Shown: positions 59,120-64,000 of the stretch, piece after piece | How the letters are laid out: every line of letters starts with the position of its first letter | Numbering within the stretch: the first letter of the stretch is position 1 | NCBI GenBank assembly: GCA_038087875.1 | Contig: JAXLNO010000311.1 | Span: forward strand, 1-64,000 | Length of the DNA stretch: 64,000 nucleotides | Direction: 5' to 3' | Source of the DNA: Malacoraja senta | Lineage: Eukaryota | The notes under the pieces: generated by a model | The model's input: the letters and a program-made list of their open reading frames with translations, nothing else | What the model was told of the DNA's origin: nothing | Databases searched by the model: none | Made by a program: the position numbers and the translations under genes

Positions 59120-59789
59120 TATGACAATAAAACAATATTGACTCTTGAATGTACATAAAGTATCTTTGGATTCTTCTTTGCCAGAGTTGACAACAAAATT
59201 GATAAGTATATTAGGTAATGATAATTGTTGTCTAAGATTACAAAATAATGTTGATCAACCGGAAAGGTATGGAGGTGAGGGGATGGGAAGCGAGGGGGGG
59301 GGAAGGAATGCCAGTTGAAATCTAACTGAAACAAGTGTGATTTGATGCATTTTGGGAAGTCAAATCATGACTGGCCAAATCTATTGCGGGATTGTAAATG
59401 GAGCTGTACCTTGGTGTACAATTACATAGTTCCCTGAAAATGGCATCATAGTTTGATAGGGTAGTGAAGGAATATATGTCTAAAGAATCGCCTCAACCCA
59501 AAAGGTCACCCATTCCTTCTCTCCAGAAATATTGCCGCTGAGTCTCTCTAGCTTTTTGTGTCTATCTTCGGTTTAAATTAGCATCTGCTGTTCATTCCTT
59601 CACAGAGTATATGTTATGCCATGTTTCCTCAGCCATGGTACTGAGGACTAGGGTTGGGGTCATGTTACAGTTGTACAGAATGTTGAACAGGCAACCATTA
59701 ATCTGTCCAGGGGCTCAGCTGATTTGTTGCACAATAGACTCTAATCCAAGGTTTGAACTCTGAAAAAAAAATCAAGAAATTCAAGTTGC

Positions 59790-61293
59790 CACTCATCCAG
59801 GGACTGCAACCTATACCCGGCCACTGACACCCTCCTCCGCCTAGCGGAGCTGGTCCTTACCCTCAATAACTTCTCATTTGACTCCTCCCATTTCCTCCAT
59901 ATACAAGGCGTAGCTATGGGCACATGCATGGGCCCCAGCTACGCCTGCCTCTTTGTCGGGTACGTAGAACAATCCTTGTTCAATGCGTACCAGGGCCCCA
60001 TCCCCGACCTCTACCTCCGCTACATCGATGACTGTTTTGGTGCCACATCCTGCACCCACACACAACTGACTGACTTCATCCGCTTCACCACCAACTTCCC
60101 ATCCGGCACTCAAATCCACCTGGACCATTTCCGACACTTCCCTACCATTCCTTGACCTCACTATCTCCATCGCAGGTGATATACTTCTTACCGACATCCA
60201 CTACAAACCTGCCGACTCCCATGGCTATCTGGACTACACTTCTTCCCACCCTGCTTCCTGTAAGGACTCCATCCCCCACTCCCCAATTCCTCCGTCTACA
60301 CGGCATCTGCTCCCAGGATGAGGCGTTCCACACCAGGGCATCCGAAATGTCCTCATTCTTCAGGGAACGGGGGTTCCCCTCCTCCACCATAGATGAGGCT
60401 CGCACCAGGGTCTCTGCCATACCCCGCAACACTGCTCTCTCTCCCCATTCCCCCACTCACAACAAGGGCAGAGTCCCCCTAGTCCTCACCTTTCACCCCA
60501 CCAGCCGTCACATACAACAAGTGATCCTCCGTCAGTTTCGCCACCTCCAACGTGACCCCACCACTCGCCACATCTTCCCATCTCCCCCCATGTCTGCCTT
60601 CCGCAAAGACCGCTCCCTCCGTAACTCCCTTGTCAATTCTTCCCTTCCCTCCCGTACCACCCCCTCCCCGGGTACTTTCCCTTGCAACCGCAAGAGATGC
60701 AACACTCGTCCCTTCACCTCCCCCCTCGACTCCATTCAAGGACCTAAGCAGTCGTTCCAGGTGCGACAGAGGTTCACCTGCATCTCCTCCAACCTCATCT
60801 ATTGCATCCGCTGCTCTAGATGCCAGCTGATCTACATCGGTGAGACCAAGCGGAGGCTTGGCGATCGTTTCGCCGAACACCTCCGGTCGGTCCGCAATAA
60901 CCAACCTGACCTCCCGGTGGCTCAGCACTTCAACTCCCCCTCCCATTCCGTATCTGACCTCTCTGTCCTGGATCTCCTCCATGGCCACAGCGAGCAACAC
61001 CAGAAATTGGAGGAAATGCACCTCATATTCCGCTTGGGCAGTCTACATCCTGGTGGCTTGAACATTGAATTCTCCCAATTCTGCTAGCCCTTGCTGTCCC
61101 CTCCCCTGCATCAGCCCTCTGGTTGTCTCCTCCCCCCCCCCCCAGCCCTCGGGCTCCTCCTCTGCCTTTTTTCCTTTCTTCTCCCCACCCCCTATCAGTC
61201 TGAAGAAGGGTTTCGGCCCGAAACGTTGCCTATTTCCTTCACTCCATAGATGCTGCTGCACCCGCTGAGTTTCTCCAGCATTTTTGTGTACCT
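59790..61293 (+). mobile_element. Penelope-like retroelement (RT and GIY-YIG endonuclease), 5'-truncated, few frameshifts
   Basis: LVLTLNNFSF...QGVAMGTCMGPSYACLF...YLRYIDDCF; RFTCISSNLIYCIRCSRCQLIYIGETKRRLGDRFAEHL...HPGGLN. Confidence 0.93.
61195..61232 (+). ncRNA. Minimal type I hammerhead ribozyme motif in the PLE terminal region
   Basis: CTGAAGA(A)-GGGT-TTCG-GCCC-GAAAC-GTT: catalytic core, 4-bp stem II with UUCG loop, palindromic AACGTT stem III; stem I pairing is weak. Confidence 0.65.
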
Positions 61294-61829
61294 TAGTTTT
61301 GCTTATCTGGCTTGAGAACTCTTAACATTGATCTATTTTGCTTCATAGTGTAGTCCATTTATAAACTGGCCATCCCCAGACATCCTGTGTCCACACTGTT
61401 TCCCAAGGGCACCTCACCTATTTTCAGCTCTGCTCTCAACAAGTATCAATCACATTATCCCTCTCTCTATCTATCATCTCTCTCCATCTCACTATATCTC
61501 TCTCTCTCTATCTCCCTATCTCTCTCCATCTATTTATCTCTCCATCTCTCATCCCTCAGCTCTATCTCTCTTTCCTTCATCTCTTTCATTTCTGCAAATT
61601 GAAATCATTAATCAGTCTGAGAGCACTGTGTGTGACTGAATGACATCAGAGCATCAGTCCCTGAGGCATACCACTGGTCACAGGCTTCCTATGTAAAAAA
61701 CAACAACACTGCATTACCATTCTCTGACTCCTACCACCAAGCCAACTTTGTGTCCAATTGACTAGCTCACCCTGGATCCCATGTTTTCCAACCTAATGGA
61801 CCAGCCACCCATGTGGGGCCTTGCTGAAG

Positions 61830-62142
61830 GATGGCATGGTGGCATAGTCATAAGGCTACTGCTTTACAGTGCCAGAGACATGGGTTCAGTCCCATCTACA
61901 AGTGCTTTTCTATATGGAGTTTGTACGTTCTCCCCGTGACCTGCGTAGGTTTTCTCCAAGATCTTCGGTTTCCTCCCACACTCCAAAGACGTACAGGTTT
62001 GTACGTTAATTGGCTTGGTATAAAAGGTAAAATTACCCCTAGTGTGTGTAGGGTAGCGTTAAAATGCGGGGATCGCTGGTCGGTGCAGGCCCGGTGGGCT
62101 GTAGGGTCTGTTTCCTCACTGTATCTCTAAACTAAACTAAAC
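61830..62142 (+). mobile_element. tRNA-derived V-SINE (HE1-like)
   Basis: ggtggcatagtc and gggttcagtcc boxes, cggtttcctcccacactccaaagac core, (ctaaa)n tail. Confidence 0.8.
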
Positions 62143-62384
62143 ATAGACAATATCTGTCATCCAATCACACACTGGGCAATTTACAAAATTCAATTAACCA
62201 ACCAACTCGCATGTCTTTGAGATATAGGAGGAACGGAGCATTTGGTGGAGATCCACGTGTCATACGGAGAACAAGAAAATGATACACGTTGTACCCGAGA
62301 TCAGGATTGAATCCAAGTTGCTGTAGCAGAGGGGCACCAATTCTGCCAGTTGCCTCAATGTACTGCCTTTTAAAAAGAATATTC

Positions 62385-62703
62385 AAAGCCTGTCCCACTG
62401 TACGAGGTAATTCAAGAGCTCTCCCGAGTTTAAAAAAAAATTAAACTCGTGGTAAGCACGTAGAATGTACATAGCGGGTACGTCGGAGCTCGGGACATCT
62501 CCTAGCGGCTCGTAACGCTAACGGCAGGTACTCGGGAAACGCGGTAAGCTCGTGAAGACTCGTGAAGATTTTTCAACATGTTGAAAAAAGTCCACGAGAG
62601 CCCCAAGTACCTACGAGCGGCTATTACCGTAATTCTCCGAGTTCGAATCAGGGGAAACTCGGGAGAACTCTTGAATTAGCTCGTACAGTGGGACAGGGCC
62701 TTT
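62385..62703. mobile_element. MITE with long imperfect TIRs
   Basis: cctgtcccactgtacgaggtaattcaagagctctcccgagttt ... aaactcgggagaactcttgaattagctcgtacagtgggacagg. Confidence 0.88.
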
Positions 62704-62746
62704 AAGCTGTGTCTGCGTTGTCCATGCACACACTCTCAGGGCAGAA

Positions 62747-63053
62747 TTAGTTTAGTTTCGTTTAGAGATACAGCGTGGAAACAGGCCTTTCGGCCTACCA
62801 AGTTTGCGAAGACCAATGATCCCTTTACATTGGCACTTTCCTACACACACTAGGTACAAATTACAATTTACAAACCAATTAACCTACAAACCTGTACGTC
62901 TTTGGAGTGTGGGAGGAAACTGGAGCACCCGGAGAAAACCCATGCGTTCACCCAACATACAAACTCCGTGCAGACCGCACCCATAGTCAGGATCGAACCC
63001 TGGTGTCTGGTGCTATAAGGCAGCAACTCTACCACTGCGCCACCCTGCCGCCC
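62747..63053 (-). mobile_element. tRNA-derived V-SINE (HE1-like), well preserved
   Basis: A box TGGCGCAGTGG (63042-63032), B box GGTTCGATCC (62999-62990), gggtgctccagtttcctcccaca core, (ctaaa)n tail. Confidence 0.88.
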
Positions 63054-63464
63054 TTAAGTATAGATATAGGGAAAGATACAGCAGCCTGAAAACCGTGACA
63101 ACCAGATTCAAGAATAGTCTCTTCTCAGCAATCATCAGGCTCTTCAACACCACACAAAACTAACTTCAGCATCTATGATCATCTACGGACTGTCTTTGAA
63201 TGTAATATGAATTTAGTTTTTTGCACTATTATGATAGTCCAGTATTACAGTTATTTATTTATTGTTATATTGGTTGTTTTATATTATCTCTGTGTTATTG
63301 CAGTTACATGCAGGTGAAGCTGCAGCAAGTCAGAATTTTGTTGTTCTATTGTTGATACATATGACAATTAAACAACTCTTACCTCGCATTTGATTTTGGG
63401 TAAAGCTCACTCCATATTACCCCCACCATACACTCAGGAAAAGTACAAGGAACAAGTACATGTT

Positions 63465-64000
63465 TAAGAAAGAACTGCAGATGCTGGAAAAATCCAAGGT
63501 AGACAAAAATGCTGGAGAAACACAGCGGTGAGGCAGCATCTATGGAGCAAAGGAATAGGTAACGTTTTGGGTCGAGACCCTTCTTCAGACTGATATGGGG
63601 GTGGGGGCGGGAAGAAGAAAGGAAGAGGTGGAGATAGTAGGCTGTGGGAGAGCTTCGAAGGGGAGGGGAAGGAGGGAGAAAGCAAAGACTACCTGAAAAT
63701 GGAGGTCAATGTTCATACCGCTGGGGTGTAAACTACCCAAGCGAAAAATGATATGCTGCTCCTCCAATTTGCGGAGGGTCTTACTCTGGCCGTGGAGGAG
63801 ACCCAGGACAGAAAGGTCGGATTCTGAATGGGAGGGGAGTTGAAGTGCTGAGCCACTGGGAGATCAGGTTGGTTAATGCGGACTGAGCGGAGGTGTTGGG
63901 CGAAGCGATCGCCAATCCTGCGCTTGGTCTCACCGATGTAGAGCAGTTGACACCTAGAGCAGCGGATGCAATAGATGAGGTTGGAGGAGGGGCAGGTGAA
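63465..64000 (-). mobile_element. Penelope-like element 3' part, continues beyond the right edge
   Basis: SSNLIYCIRCSRCQLLYIGETKRRIGDRFAQHL...LEEQHIIFRLG on the minus strand; degenerate hammerhead motif at 63560-63590. Confidence 0.9.

Noticed and set aside
62990..63045. tRNA gene
   Set aside because: The A and B boxes belong to a SINE head followed by a V-domain and LINE-derived tail; no full cloverleaf.

Overview
Vertebrate genomic DNA made almost entirely of nested transposable elements. The repeat repertoire (CR1 LINEs with short tandem tails, tRNA-derived V-SINEs, GIY-YIG Penelope-like elements, Rex1/Babar-like LINE ends) suggests a cartilaginous fish, probably a skate or ray; this is inference from repeat content. 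The highlight is a 7.3-kb LTR-less internal fragment of an endogenous retrovirus on the minus strand (about 9960-17275). It has gag with a CCHC knuckle, a single in-frame UGA, pro-pol with two RNase H domains (degenerate tether plus retroviral-type RNase H) and a GPY/F integrase. Its apparently spliced env resembles class I F-type fusion proteins (lokiretrovirus-like architecture) and appears to carry an N-terminal immunoglobulin V-like domain. Other content: the 5' half of an apparently young L1; a local 1.6-kb segmental duplication; a 4.56-kb deleted Helitron with both termini and a TATA+Inr+splice-donor cassette; a truncated Gypsy element with a candidate 3' LTR; two foldback MITEs; Penelope-like elements with minimal hammerhead ribozyme motifs; and scattered candidate host exons (signal-peptide, CxxC hinge-like, ITIM-like) that may be remnants of immune-receptor genes. 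No intact host gene could be assembled.
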